Assembly (NCBI GenBank): GCA_046583355.1 | Contig: JAYGCM010000010.1 | Coordinates: 1-64,000, forward strand | Direction: 5' to 3' | From: Deltaproteobacteria bacterium | GTDB taxonomy: Bacteria > Desulfobacterota > Binatia > UBA12015 | DNA: 64,000 nucleotides | Part shown: piece by piece, positions 12,008 to 21,407 of the stretch | Layout: each line of letters opens with the position of its first letter | Position numbering within the stretch: position 1 is the stretch's first letter | Program-made: the position numbers and the translations under genes | The notes under the pieces: generated by a model | What the model saw: only the letters and a program-made list of their open reading frames with translations | What the model was told of the DNA's origin: nothing | Database searches by the model: none

Positions 12008-14265
12008 GCGAAGAGCCCGAAGACGAAGAAGAGGGCAAAGGGAGTGGTCGCTCCTGGCGCCGTCGCGAGGCCTCGTTGCTGGTCGCGGCCATTCTCGCGG
12101 CCTTCTTCGTTCTGATCTACGAGACGCGTCTGCCGCCCTTTACCTCGAGCCAGACGCTGTCGCAGAATGTCGTCTTCTTTCTCCTTATCAATCTCAATAT
12201 TGTGCTGATTTTGCTGGTCAGCTTTCTGCTCGGTCGCAATATTGTGAAGCTGGTGATCGAACGGCGCCAGCGCGTATTGGGCTCGCACCTGCGTACGCGG
12301 ATCGTACTCGGCTTTGTCGGGGTGGCGATCACGCCTGCCGTGCTGCTTTTCATCGTGGCGTTGGGTTTTATTCGCTCTTCGGTCGAGACCTGGTTCTCGG
12401 TGCAGGTCGAGAGTGCGCTCGAAGCCTCGCTGGATATGGCCGACACCTATTACCGGGAATCGATGTCGACCGCCGTGCACGAGGCGCGGCTGATCGCCAT
12501 TGGCATAGAGAAACGTGGCGGCGTGGCCGGCACCGAAGATAGCTGGCTCGCGGCCCGCGAAAAGGAAATGCAGGCCGCTTCTATCCGCGTCTATGGCAGC
12601 GAGGCCAACCTGCTCGGCAAGGCGGAGACGGCCGGGCTCACCGGGCCCTTGGCGGTCGGGCCGGAGGTGCTCTTTCTCGAGAACGCGATTGCCGGAAACG
12701 AAAGGACGCAGGTGGTCGAGCGCGGCGGGACGACCTTGCTGCGCGCGGCTGCGGAGATTCGTACCGCGGAAGGGGCGGTCAGCGGCATTGTCGTGGTCGA
12801 TGCCATCATTCCCCGCAGCGTTGCGCGGCGCCGCGACGAGATTCAGCAAAGTTATCGCCAATACAAGCAGTTGAGCCTGATGCGCCGCCCCCTGATCAAT
12901 AATTATATATTGACTCTGGTCCTGGTCTCGATGGTCGTGGTCTTCGGTGGTACCTGGCTTGGCTTTGCGATCGCTCGCAGCATTACCACGCCGATCCAGC
13001 GCCTTGCCGAAGGTACGCGTCGGGTTGCCGAGGGCCACCTCGACGAGAAGCTTGAGCTGGAATCGGGTAGCGACGAGATCGCGACGCTTTTGAGTTCGTT
13101 CAACCGCATGACGGCGAATCTCCGCAGTTCGCATTCTGCTCTGGCCGAGCGCCGGCGCGCCCTTGAGACGATCCTGGGCAATATCGCGGGTGGCGTTGTT
13201 TCGATTGACCGGCAGGCGCGCATCGAGACCGTGAACGAGGCCGCGCGCTCGATGCTCGGCATCGGCGACGAAGCTCTTGGCGTGCCGTTCCGGGATTGGT
13301 TCTCGAGTCCGCGTTATCTTGCAGTGCGCGAGATTCTCGCCGAACTCGACAAGCGGGCACAACGTGGCGAGTGGGATAAATTGCCGCCGCAACGCCTCTC
13401 GATCGAACACGAAGGCGCCGCGGTGCAGGTGGTGGCGACCGGGGTGGTGCTGAAAAGCGAGGACGGCAAATCCATCGGTGCCTTGCTCTTCTTTGAAGAC
13501 GTGACGGAAATCTTGAAGGTCCAACGGATGGAGGCCTGGCGCGAGGTCGCACGCCGCATCGCCCATGAGATCAAAAACCCGCTGACGCCGATTCAGCTCT
13601 CGGCGCAGCGCCTGCGCAAGCGCTATGCCGCGGATCTCTCAGGGTCGGTGCTCGATGAATGTACGCGGACCATCATCTCGGAGGTCGAGGTGCTGAAGAA
13701 CCTCGTCAGCGAGTTCTCGAATTTTGCCCGCATGCCGGCCGGGCCGCATCTGCCGACGGACCTGAATGAATTGCTGGGCGACTCACTCACGCTCTTTCGG
13801 GCGGCGCACCGAGGCGTGCAATTCCATTTCTCTGCCGATGCGAAAATTCCCGATCTGGATCTCGATCCGGGTGGGATGCGCCGGGTGATGATGAACCTCC
13901 TGGACAACGCGGTGGCTGCGTTGCCTCTGGGTTCCGATACGGAAGCCAAATCTGATGTGCCGGGAAGTGCATCGGAGAGCCGTGCTTCCGGCCAGGTCTG
14001 GGTGGCCACTCGGCTGGACGAGGCCAACGGGCATGTGCGCCTGGAGATCGCCGACAATGGCTCGGGCATGACAAGCGAGGTCAAAGAGCGGCTCTTCGAG
14101 CCCTATTTCTCGACCAAGGCCCAGGGCACCGGCCTGGGGTTGGCCATCGTGCAGACGGTGCTGGCCGACCACCGGGCCTATATCCGAGTTCGCGACAACC
14201 AACCGCGCGGCTCGCGTTTCGTGATCGAGTTTCCCGTGCGCGATACGGGCCCGGCGGGCGTGTAG
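12004..14265 (+). CDS. NtrY-type membrane sensor histidine kinase (TM helices, periplasmic region, HAMP, PAS, HisKA, HATPase)
   Basis: H-box [23 protein letters not shown] (His521), [26 protein letters not shown]-terminal TM helices and a GSHLRTR motif typical of NtrY. Confidence 0.92.
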   Translation: MSEEPEDEEEGKGSGRSWRRREASLLVAAILAAFFVLIYETRLPPFTSSQTLSQNVVFFLLINLNIVLILLVSFLLGRNIVKLVIERRQRVLGSHLRTRIVLGFVGVAITPAVLLFIVALGFIRSSVETWFSVQVESALEASLDMADTYYRESMSTAVHEARLIAIGIEKRGGVAGTEDSWLAAREKEMQAASIRVYGSEANLLGKAETAGLTGPLAVGPEVLFLENAIAGNERTQVVERGGTTLLRAAAEIRTAEGAVSGIVVVDAIIPRSVARRRDEIQQSYRQYKQLSLMRRPLINNYILTLVLVSMVVVFGGTWLGFAIARSITTPIQRLAEGTRRVAEGHLDEKLELESGSDEIATLLSSFNRMTANLRSSHSALAERRRALETILGNIAGGVVSIDRQARIETVNEAARSMLGIGDEALGVPFRDWFSSPRYLAVREILAELDKRAQRGEWDKLPPQRLSIEHEGAAVQVVATGVVLKSEDGKSIGALLFFEDVTEILKVQRMEAWREVARRIAHEIKNPLTPIQLSAQRLRKRYAADLSGSVLDECTRTIISEVEVLKNLVSEFSNFARMPAGPHLPTDLNELLGDSLTLFRAAHRGVQFHFSADAKIPDLDLDPGGMRRVMMNLLDNAVAALPLGSDTEAKSDVPGSASESRASGQVWVATRLDEANGHVRLEIADNGSGMTSEVKERLFEPYFSTKAQGTGLGLAIVQTVLADHRAYIRVRDNQPRGSRFVIEFPVRDTGPAGV

Positions 14266-14293
14266 GGGCGAGATCAGGTAAAGAAGGCGGACA

Positions 14294-15541
14294 ATGGGCA
14301 AGAAGATCCTGGTCGTTGATGACGAAGAGAAAATCCGTCAGAGCCTGCGCGGCGTGCTCTCCGATGAGGGCCATGTGGTCGTGGAGGCCGGTGACGGCCG
14401 ACAGGCCTTGGAAGTCCTGGACGCAGAGCAGCCGGATCTGGTGATTCTCGACGTCTGGCTCCCCGAGGTCGATGGCCTGACGTTGCTGGAGAAGATCAAG
14501 GGCGAGCACCCGGAACTGCCCGTCATCATCATCTGTGGGCATGCCAATATCGAGGCGGCCGTACGCGCCACCCGGTTGGGTGCCTCGGATTTCATCGAGA
14601 AGCCTTTCTCGATCGAGGCCATCCTCGCCTCGATCACGCGCGCGCTGGGAGACGCGGCCAGTGCCGATTCGGGCGAGCCTGCATGGAGTGGGGCGGTGGT
14701 CTCGGACAACGCGGACCTCGTCGTGCCGCAGAAAACCATCGGCCGTAGCGTGACGGCGAGTGGCCGCGGGCTACATACGGGCATCAAGACCGGAATCATT
14801 CTGCATCCCGTTCCGGCCGGCACCGGCATCCTCTTCCAGAGTCTGGCCACCGAGAAGTCCGTACCGGCACACGTCGATTTCGCCGACTCCACGGGCTACG
14901 CGACCACGCTTTTTCGCGGTGGCTTCGGCGCAAAAACCGTCGAGCACCTTCTCGCCACCCTGCAGGGCTACGGCATCACCAATCTCATGGTGAAAATGGA
15001 GGGCGAGGTGCCGATTCTCGACGGCTCGGCTGCGGTCTTCTGCGATCTGATCGAAGAGGCCGGTATTATCGAGCAACCCGGTCCGGGGGTTACGCCCTTC
15101 ATCGTGCGCGAGCGCCATGCGGTCGAGATCGGTGGCAATACGATTGTCGTCGAGCCCCATGACGGTCTTCTGATCGACTATACGCTGGACTACCCGGCTC
15201 CTGTGGGCATGCAACACTTTGTCTTCGACTTCACGGGTGTGGAATCCTTCAAGAAGGAAATCGCACCTGCACGGACCTTCGGCTTCGTGCATGAGTTCCG
15301 TCAATTAGTCGAAAATGGTCTCGCCGCGGGCGGGCAGCTCGACAATTGCGTACTCATCGGTGAGGACGGCGTGATCAATGGCGAATTGCGTTTTGAAGAC
15401 GAGTTCGTACGGCATAAAATTCTCGATATCATCGGGGACTTCGCGCTTCTCGGCCAACCGCTGCGGGCCCGGATTACCGCACGCGCTACCGGCCATCGTC
15501 ATAATGTCGCGATGGTGCGCGAACTCCTTGCCGCCGCGTAG
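14294..15541 (+). CDS. lpxC: Fusion of an NtrX-like receiver domain and UDP-3-O-acyl-GlcNAc deacetylase LpxC
   Basis: aa 1-118 are a REC domain (DD9-10, D53, K103-P). aa 146-415 are LpxC (QKTI, GxGLHTG, TVEH, EVPILDGS, EIAPARTFGF, RHKILDIIGD, GH). Single uninterrupted ORF. Confidence 0.95.
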   Translation: MGKKILVVDDEEKIRQSLRGVLSDEGHVVVEAGDGRQALEVLDAEQPDLVILDVWLPEVDGLTLLEKIKGEHPELPVIIICGHANIEAAVRATRLGASDFIEKPFSIEAILASITRALGDAASADSGEPAWSGAVVSDNADLVVPQKTIGRSVTASGRGLHTGIKTGIILHPVPAGTGILFQSLATEKSVPAHVDFADSTGYATTLFRGGFGAKTVEHLLATLQGYGITNLMVKMEGEVPILDGSAAVFCDLIEEAGIIEQPGPGVTPFIVRERHAVEIGGNTIVVEPHDGLLIDYTLDYPAPVGMQHFVFDFTGVESFKKEIAPARTFGFVHEFRQLVENGLAAGGQLDNCVLIGEDGVINGELRFEDEFVRHKILDIIGDFALLGQPLRARITARATGHRHNVAMVRELLAAA

Positions 15542-15556
15542 AGGCCCGGCCTCCGA

Positions 15557-16459
15557 CTAAGAGAGTTTCGGCCGGCGCAGCGTGCCCTTCAATTTGTAGA
15601 AGGCATCGCCCTGCGTGCGTTTGGGCAGCAGCAGGGGGAGTGCGCGCAATCCGGCGGGGGCGTCTGCGTGGATCTGCAGCTCGAAGCGGATATCGAGTAT
15701 GCTGGATTCGAGCGGTTGCGCCAGCTGAATGCGGCCGGTCGCGCGCAGCGTAAGCTCGGCGCCACGGGCACTGAATTCCGAGATCTCGAGGCGTTTGCCG
15801 TCGAGCCTCGCCCGCAGCTGCACGCTCTCGAACGTAAGGTTCGGTACCTTGAAGCCTGCCGCCAGCAGGTCGCGCAGGCCGACCGCTGCGGCGTCCAGGC
15901 TCAGGGCACCGACCAATTCGCGACCACGGGGATCGCCTTCGAGATCGAGGGCAATCCGCGCCGTACCCAGTAGCGCTCCGCCGCCAGGGAAGAGGCCGCG
16001 CGTGGCTTCGGCCAGTTCGAGATTTTCGCCTTCGAGCGCGAGCAGGAAGCCACGCGGATCACCGGCCAGTCGGGCTTCGAGCACGCCGCCCCAGAGCCGG
16101 GCTTCGAGGTCGATAGCAGCGGGCGCGCCAGGCAGCAGCAGGCTGGTAAGGACCGGGGCTGCGTCGAGCGAATCGATGTGGATCGTCGGGCCGTCTTTGC
16201 CCTCGGGCAGGATCTGCAGGTCGCGGACGGTGTAGCCGAGCAGCGGGCGCAGCGAGAGTTCGCGGAATTCGATGCCGACCGCGCTGCTACGAGTGGCGCG
16301 CTCGATCAGCTGACGCGCGATTTTCTCATGCGGCAAAGTGGCGACCACGCCCACCACGAAGACGGCGAGTGTGAAGCAGGTATAGCCGATCGCCAGGCGG
16401 TGGCGGCCGAGCGCGTCGCGCAGGCCGGCAAAGGAGATAGAGCGTCGTGGCGATTTCAT
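15557..16459 (-). CDS. gspN: Type II secretion protein GspN
   Basis: N-terminal TM helix followed by TLP, a beta-rich body and C-terminal GTLRRP. Last gene of the gsp operon. Confidence 0.75.
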   Translation of the reverse strand: MKSPRRSISFAGLRDALGRHRLAIGYTCFTLAVFVVGVVATLPHEKIARQLIERATRSSAVGIEFRELSLRPLLGYTVRDLQILPEGKDGPTIHIDSLDAAPVLTSLLLPGAPAAIDLEARLWGGVLEARLAGDPRGFLLALEGENLELAEATRGLFPGGGALLGTARIALDLEGDPRGRELVGALSLDAAAVGLRDLLAAGFKVPNLTFESVQLRARLDGKRLEISEFSARGAELTLRATGRIQLAQPLESSILDIRFELQIHADAPAGLRALPLLLPKRTQGDAFYKLKGTLRRPKLS

Positions 16460-17022
16460 CGTGGCTGCAGGCGTGTCACGACGATCGTTGCGTCGAGAAG
16501 AGTCGGATCTTTATATTGTCTCTTGAAGCTCGTGCGGTCGACCTTCATGCCGGCCTGGCGGACCTCGATGGCATGCAGGAGCCGGATCAGGCGATGGCTC
16601 GAGATTCCCTCGAGGCGCATATCGATCGCTTCCTGGCGAAAGCCATCGTCGAGGTCGCGCGTGGTCGGGTTCATCGAGGAGATATGTTCGCGGCCGACCA
16701 CGGGCACAGTGAGCGACTCCAGCTGCGCGAAGAGCGAGTGGGCGGTCCCTTTGCCGGCCTTCTTTTGTAGCTTGCCTACTTCGGCTTCCAGGACCGCGTG
16801 ACGTTGCGCGAGTTCGGCGATGGCGGTGGCGTCGCGCCGCGCGATGCGCAGGTCGCGGTCGAGGCGCGCGAGCGAGTCCGTGAGTGGTTCGTAGATGCCG
16901 AGCCAGAGCAGCAGCACCAGGCTGATAGCGCCGGCGCCTTGGACCAAGCGGCGCTCGCGTACGGCCAGGCCATCAAGCCAGGTGCGGGCTTCTTCCAGGA
17001 GTAGGCGCAGGCGATCGCCCAT
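16456..17022 (-). CDS. gspM: Type II secretion protein GspM
   Basis: LAVRERR, a TM helix, a coiled coil and a ferredoxin-like C-terminus. ATG 17022 lies just after the gspL stop. Confidence 0.8.
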   Translation of the reverse strand: MGDRLRLLLEEARTWLDGLAVRERRLVQGAGAISLVLLLWLGIYEPLTDSLARLDRDLRIARRDATAIAELAQRHAVLEAEVGKLQKKAGKGTAHSLFAQLESLTVPVVGREHISSMNPTTRDLDDGFRQEAIDMRLEGISSHRLIRLLHAIEVRQAGMKVDRTSFKRQYKDPTLLDATIVVTRLQPR

Positions 17023-17023
17023 T

Positions 17024-18391
17024 TCAGCGATCCTCCGGGGCGAGGGTGGCGCGGAACTCGATACGGCCATCGACGCCGGACTTCACGTCCTGCACGCGTG
17101 CGGCGGCGAAGGCAGGCAGCGCCTCCAGACCGCGCGTGACGATATCGACCGACTCGAAGGTGTCGGTGCGGCCGCGGAAATGGATGCCGGTGTCGTCGAT
17201 GGTGAGTTCCACGATTTCGAGGGGGATCTCGCCGGGAATGGCTTGGTGGATCGCGAAGAGGTGGTCGAGAGTTCGGGCGCTGGCGGACCCGGCCCCACCC
17301 AGCATGGCGCTGCGTTTCTCCAATGCCTCCAATTTGGCCCGGACCCGGCGGACCTCCGTGCCGGGCACGGCCTTGGGTGCGATCTTCCGTGTCGCGCGGC
17401 TGATATCCTGGCGCAGCGCGCTGAGTTCCGCGCGGCGCTCGGCCACAACGACACCCCAGCTGCCGAGCAGGATCAACAGAGTGGCTGCCGCAATATAGAG
17501 CGTGCGACGCAATTGGCGCTGCGCTTCCTCGCTGGGTGCGTGGTAGGCGAACGCGCCATTGCGGAAATTCGGCAGCGCAGGATTGCTCTCCGCGGCCGCT
17601 GAGGCCAAGGCAAAGGCGCGCAGCGCCTCTGCCGGAACTGCTGCGGCCGGGCCGGAGAGTCCTTCGGCAAGCGGGCGTATGGGGTTGGCAATTTTTTTTG
17701 CCAGCGATTCGCAGAGTGCGTCGTCGCCCGTGAGCAGGATGTCGCGGGTCTCGTCATTCTGGAAGGCCGCCCCGGCCCAGGCAATCTCGCGCGCCAACTC
17801 GCTCGCGCCGCTGGCGCCGAAGCCATGCAGGCGAGTGATATGGCCGTCGTCGAATATAACGAGGCCGCCATTGTCCCGTGCCTCGAGCAAGAGAGTCGGC
17901 TTGGTCGGGGCGAGCAGGGCGGCCAAGGCGAGCGGGCCGATGGTGACCAGGGCCGGGTCGATGCCCGCCTCGCGCAGGAAGTCGATATGCGCTGCCATCG
18001 CGCTGCGCGAGGTGATGGCGGCGAGTACTGTGGTTTTCGGCCCGTTACGGTGGAGCACATTCCATGCGACGACGGAATCTTCCAGGTCGAAGGGGACCTC
18101 GGATTCGAGCTCGAAGGGGATGGTCGCGCGAAGCTTGGCCGCATCAGGGAAGGGGAGCTGCAGGATCCGGTGGCTGACGCTGGCACCGGGCAATGCCGTG
18201 GCGACCGCACCTGGACCCTCGGGGCATTCGCGCGCCAGGCTTTCGCGCAGCGCGGCGGCCAACTCGCCGCCGACCTTGCCCTCGACGCGCCAATTTTTAC
18301 GCAGCGCAAGCGTCCTGCCGGTACGCGCCACCAAGGAGAGCACGGCATGGTCCGAGCGGATATCGATCCCCAGCGAGAGCACGTTTCTCAA
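17024..18391 (-). CDS. gspL: Type II secretion protein GspL (actin-like cytoplasmic domain, TM helix, PilN-like domain)
   Basis: LGIDI, RILQLPF, IPFELESEVPF, PNFR before the TM helix. Start uncertain (18382, 18391 or 18433). Confidence 0.8.
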   Translation of the reverse strand: MRNVLSLGIDIRSDHAVLSLVARTGRTLALRKNWRVEGKVGGELAAALRESLARECPEGPGAVATALPGASVSHRILQLPFPDAAKLRATIPFELESEVPFDLEDSVVAWNVLHRNGPKTTVLAAITSRSAMAAHIDFLREAGIDPALVTIGPLALAALLAPTKPTLLLEARDNGGLVIFDDGHITRLHGFGASGASELAREIAWAGAAFQNDETRDILLTGDDALCESLAKKIANPIRPLAEGLSGPAAAVPAEALRAFALASAAAESNPALPNFRNGAFAYHAPSEEAQRQLRRTLYIAAATLLILLGSWGVVVAERRAELSALRQDISRATRKIAPKAVPGTEVRRVRAKLEALEKRSAMLGGAGSASARTLDHLFAIHQAIPGEIPLEIVELTIDDTGIHFRGRTDTFESVDIVTRGLEALPAFAAARVQDVKSGVDGRIEFRATLAPEDR

Positions 18392-18457
18392 CCTACCGGA
18401 TTCCGCTGAAAGTCCCAATTGCCGCGCAGGCATCTGGTTTTCGGCCGTACCTCCGGG

Positions 18458-19411
18458 TCAGCGGGGGCGCTCGGACCAGTAGATGCGTTCGAGTTTGTCG
18501 CCGCGGCGCCGCACCAGGGTCTCGAGGCGCTCGAGGGTATCGCCGATGCGGCCGGTAGCGTGGATACGGAAATACTCGCTGCGCCGCCCGTATTCGACGC
18601 CAACCGAGTCGGCGATATCCTCCTTGGCGCATACGTCCTCGAGCGGTAATTCCTCGCCGAAGCCTTCCAGGGGGAGGGGGTAATCTGCCTCGATCGCGCA
18701 GCCGATCACCTTGAGGACCAGCGCCGGAGCGGTATCGGCGTTCACGCCCTTATGGCCTTTCTTGCCGTCTGATCGGCGGTAGGCGGTTACAAAGGGGCGC
18801 AGCCGGGCGATGGTCTTTTCGTCGAAGCCGCGGATCAGACGCAATTCGTCCAGACTGCGCAGCGGGCCGCCGCGCGGCCGGCACGGCATGGCGAGCGCGC
18901 AGGCGCCGCTGGCAATGGCGCGCATACCCGCGTCCTGGTCGGCCGAGATCCAGGCATGGACGAGTTCGAGTAGGCCGATGTCGATATCGAGTTCCTCGAA
19001 GAGAGCCTCCAGAGTGTGGCGGTGCTTCTCGTCACCGACCTGATTGAGGTTCAGCTTCCCTTCCTCGTCCTCGATGCGGATCGAGATATCCCCGTCGCCC
19101 AGCGGCAAGACGACAAAGGAGAGTGGCAGCAAGGTGAGGCGGGTGGTCGGCTTGCGCTTGCGCAGGATCTGGCCGAGGTAGGCCGAGCCGCCTTCTTCGG
19201 CCGCGCGCGCAAGCAGGCGTGCGCCCGCCGAGTTGCCGCTATTGCGGGCGAGGTGACTATGCAGCATGGCCGATTCGGTGGTCTCGAGGACGATCAGGGT
19301 GAGCAATGCAACCGAGAGCAGCGCCGCCAGCAGCGCGACGCCGCGCTCGCTTTTGCCGATTCGCTGCGGCAGCAGCCGCCGCACGAAACCTGCCATGTCG
19401 AGCCTTTTCAT
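18458..19411 (-). CDS. gspK: Minor pseudopilin GspK
   Basis: ERG|VALLAAL, DEEGKLNLN, SLDELRLIRGF, VNADTAP, SEYFRIHA. Confidence 0.9.
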   Translation of the reverse strand: MKRLDMAGFVRRLLPQRIGKSERGVALLAALLSVALLTLIVLETTESAMLHSHLARNSGNSAGARLLARAAEEGGSAYLGQILRKRKPTTRLTLLPLSFVVLPLGDGDISIRIEDEEGKLNLNQVGDEKHRHTLEALFEELDIDIGLLELVHAWISADQDAGMRAIASGACALAMPCRPRGGPLRSLDELRLIRGFDEKTIARLRPFVTAYRRSDGKKGHKGVNADTAPALVLKVIGCAIEADYPLPLEGFGEELPLEDVCAKEDIADSVGVEYGRRSEYFRIHATGRIGDTLERLETLVRRRGDKLERIYWSERPR

Positions 19412-20046
19412 CGGGTCGGCCCCATCGGCAGGGTAACCAGGAGGCGGTAGACCTCGGGGGAATCGCTGCCGTCGTCGAGGGCGAGCGAGAGTCGCACGGC
19501 CCGCGGCAGGTCGTCGCGGCTGTCCGCCGCACTCCAGGTACGGACCCATTCGCGTGAGCGGCCGGGAAGAAGCTCGGCCGAGAAGCTGTGCACGCCGTCC
19601 AGGATGACGGCCGAGACGGGCTCAACGCCGGGTGCGGCGACCGAGGGAAGTTGTTCCTTGATGAGGACGCGCGCCCCCGGCACCCAGGGGTCATCATCCA
19701 GCCGGTAGTGGACGAAGGCGACCGGATCGACCAGATCCCCTCGCATCCGGCGGGCGGCTGTGGTGGCGAAGCGCAGCTCGCTTGCGGGAACCTCGAAGCT
19801 CCGATCGACGAGGAGGAAGCCGCCTTCCTCGCCGGCAATGGGAACGGCACCGGTCAGCTCCTCGGCCAGGCGCGCCAGCGTCGTGCGCGCCGCGGCCGTA
19901 TTCTCCATGCGTCGCTCGGCGTAGTCGCGTGACTCGAGGGTCTGCTGGAAGGGCCCGACCTGCGCGGCGAAGAGGATGCCGATGATGGTGAAGGAGACCA
20001 GAAGCTCCAGCAGCGTGAAGCCACGCTCGTCGCCAGCTACCGTCAT
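19408..20046 (-). CDS. gspJ: Minor pseudopilin GspJ
   Basis: RG|FTLLELLV prepilin motif and C-terminal LPRAVRL. Confidence 0.88.
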   Translation of the reverse strand: MTVAGDERGFTLLELLVSFTIIGILFAAQVGPFQQTLESRDYAERRMENTAAARTTLARLAEELTGAVPIAGEEGGFLLVDRSFEVPASELRFATTAARRMRGDLVDPVAFVHYRLDDDPWVPGARVLIKEQLPSVAAPGVEPVSAVILDGVHSFSAELLPGRSREWVRTWSAADSRDDLPRAVRLSLALDDGSDSPEVYRLLVTLPMGPTR

Positions 20047-20429
20047 CGCAGATTCCTCGAGACGAAGACGGTGAGTTCGACCGCGGCCTCTTCACCAAAA
20101 GATGGAGTGACGCGGATGCGGACCTCGCGGGTGCCGGGGAGGATCCACTCGCTCACCTCGCGCTGCCACACGAAGCCTTTTGCCTCGCCCGGCGTTGCGG
20201 CCTCGAAATCACCCTTGCTGGTGCCGAGGTCGGGCCAGCCCTCCAGTTGGGATTCGGCGGCCAGCGTCTCGGCCAGAAGGAGGGCGCGGCTATAGGCTTC
20301 TTCACGGCCCAGGGTGCGAAGGTTCTCGACGTGCAGACTCAGCAATGCCGTGAATGCCGTCGCGATCACGGCGAGCGCGACCATGACCTCCAGCAAGGTG
20401 AAGCCACGCTGGCTGAAACGCCGCACCAC
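20043..20429 (-). CDS. gspI: Minor pseudopilin GspI
   Basis: RG|FTLLEVMVALAV. GTG start after GAGGT. Confidence 0.88.
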   Translation of the reverse strand: MVRRFSQRGFTLLEVMVALAVIATAFTALLSLHVENLRTLGREEAYSRALLLAETLAAESQLEGWPDLGTSKGDFEAATPGEAKGFVWQREVSEWILPGTREVRIRVTPSFGEEAAVELTVFVSRNLR

Positions 20430-20434
20430 GAAGG

Positions 20435-20959
20435 CTACCTCATCCCCGCGACCGGGCCGTCGATCACACGCGGACGCGTGCGGGCCGGTTCGATGAGGAT
20501 CGAGACGATGCGCCCGGAGTCGTCGGCGATCTGGACGACCGTCGGGTCGACATAGCCGTCGGCGGCAAAGAGGACGCCGAGGCGACCGTCGGCGGTGGGT
20601 CGTGCGCCGGGTCCACCGAGTTGCAGAGTAAGCGAGTCGGGTAGCTTGAGTGGGCGGTAGAGCGGGCCTTCGCCGGAAACGAAAACCCATCCCTCCGGCG
20701 TCTCCACACCTTCTTCGGTGAGCAGCAGCTTCTCTTCGGGCAGGGCGACCAGGCGGATCCAGATGCCGCGGCGCGCGGCTTCTTCGCGCAGGTAGCGCAC
20801 GCGATTGGAGATGCGGCGGCTTGCCGTATCCAACTCGGCACCTGTCAGTACATCGAGACGCGGCAGCACCAAAGTGGCGAGCAGGCCGACCAGGGCCAGC
20901 ACCAGCATCAGCTCCAGGAGGGTGAAACCCCGCGCGCGGTTTTTGTCACGAATGGGCAG
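20435..20959 (-). CDS. gspH: Minor pseudopilin GspH (probable CTG start)
   Basis: RARG|FTLLELMLV lies upstream of the first ATG (20908). The best start candidate is CTG 20959 after AAGGTGG. C-terminal FAADG. Confidence 0.85.
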   Translation of the reverse strand: MPIRDKNRARGFTLLELMLVLALVGLLATLVLPRLDVLTGAELDTASRRISNRVRYLREEAARRGIWIRLVALPEEKLLLTEEGVETPEGWVFVSGEGPLYRPLKLPDSLTLQLGGPGARPTADGRLGVLFAADGYVDPTVVQIADDSGRIVSILIEPARTRPRVIDGPVAGMR

Positions 20960-20971
20960 ACGTCCCCACCT

Positions 20972-21406
20972 TCACCCCAAATCGCGGGAGTCGATATCGG
21001 CGTCCACGCCCTGGCCGCCCTCGATGCCATCGGCACCGAAGGAGAGCAGGAGGTAGTCGCGCCCGTCGCTCTCGTAGATGAAGGGCATATCCCAGGGGTC
21101 GGTCGGGACATTGTCGAGGTAGGCACGCCAGCGCCGCGCCTGTGGGCCACTACTCGGCTGGCGCACGAGCGCTTCGATGCCCTGGTCGGTCGTGGGGAAA
21201 TGCCCGTTATCGAGTTTGTAGAGGCTGAGCGCCTGCTCGACCGAGCGAATATCGGCGGCTGCCTTGGTCGCGCGGGCGTCGTCTGTGCGGCCCAGAATTT
21301 TTGGTGCGACCAGGGTGACCAGCAGGCCCATGATGAAGACCACGACCATGATCTCGATCAGGGTGAACCCGGCTTCTTTGCGCTGCTTCCAATTCATGAG
21401 ATTCAT
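20972..21406 (-). CDS. gspG: Major pseudopilin GspG
   Basis: AG|FTLIEIMVV, YKLDNG, PTTDQG, PTDPW, SFGADG, DADI. Confidence 0.97.
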   Translation of the reverse strand: MNLMNWKQRKEAGFTLIEIMVVVFIMGLLVTLVAPKILGRTDDARATKAAADIRSVEQALSLYKLDNGHFPTTDQGIEALVRQPSSGPQARRWRAYLDNVPTDPWDMPFIYESDGRDYLLLSFGADGIEGGQGVDADIDSRDLG

Positions 21407-21407
21407 C

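Noticed and set aside
14294..14650. Calling this gene ntrX, or the kinase pair a nitrogen regulator of the urease cluster
   Set aside because: There is no AAA+ or DNA-binding domain and the output is LpxC. Nothing but proximity links it to urease.
15541..15553. GAGGCC-C-GGCCTC between convergent lpxC and gspN
   Set aside because: Only a 5-6 bp stem with no U-tract; insufficient to call a terminator.
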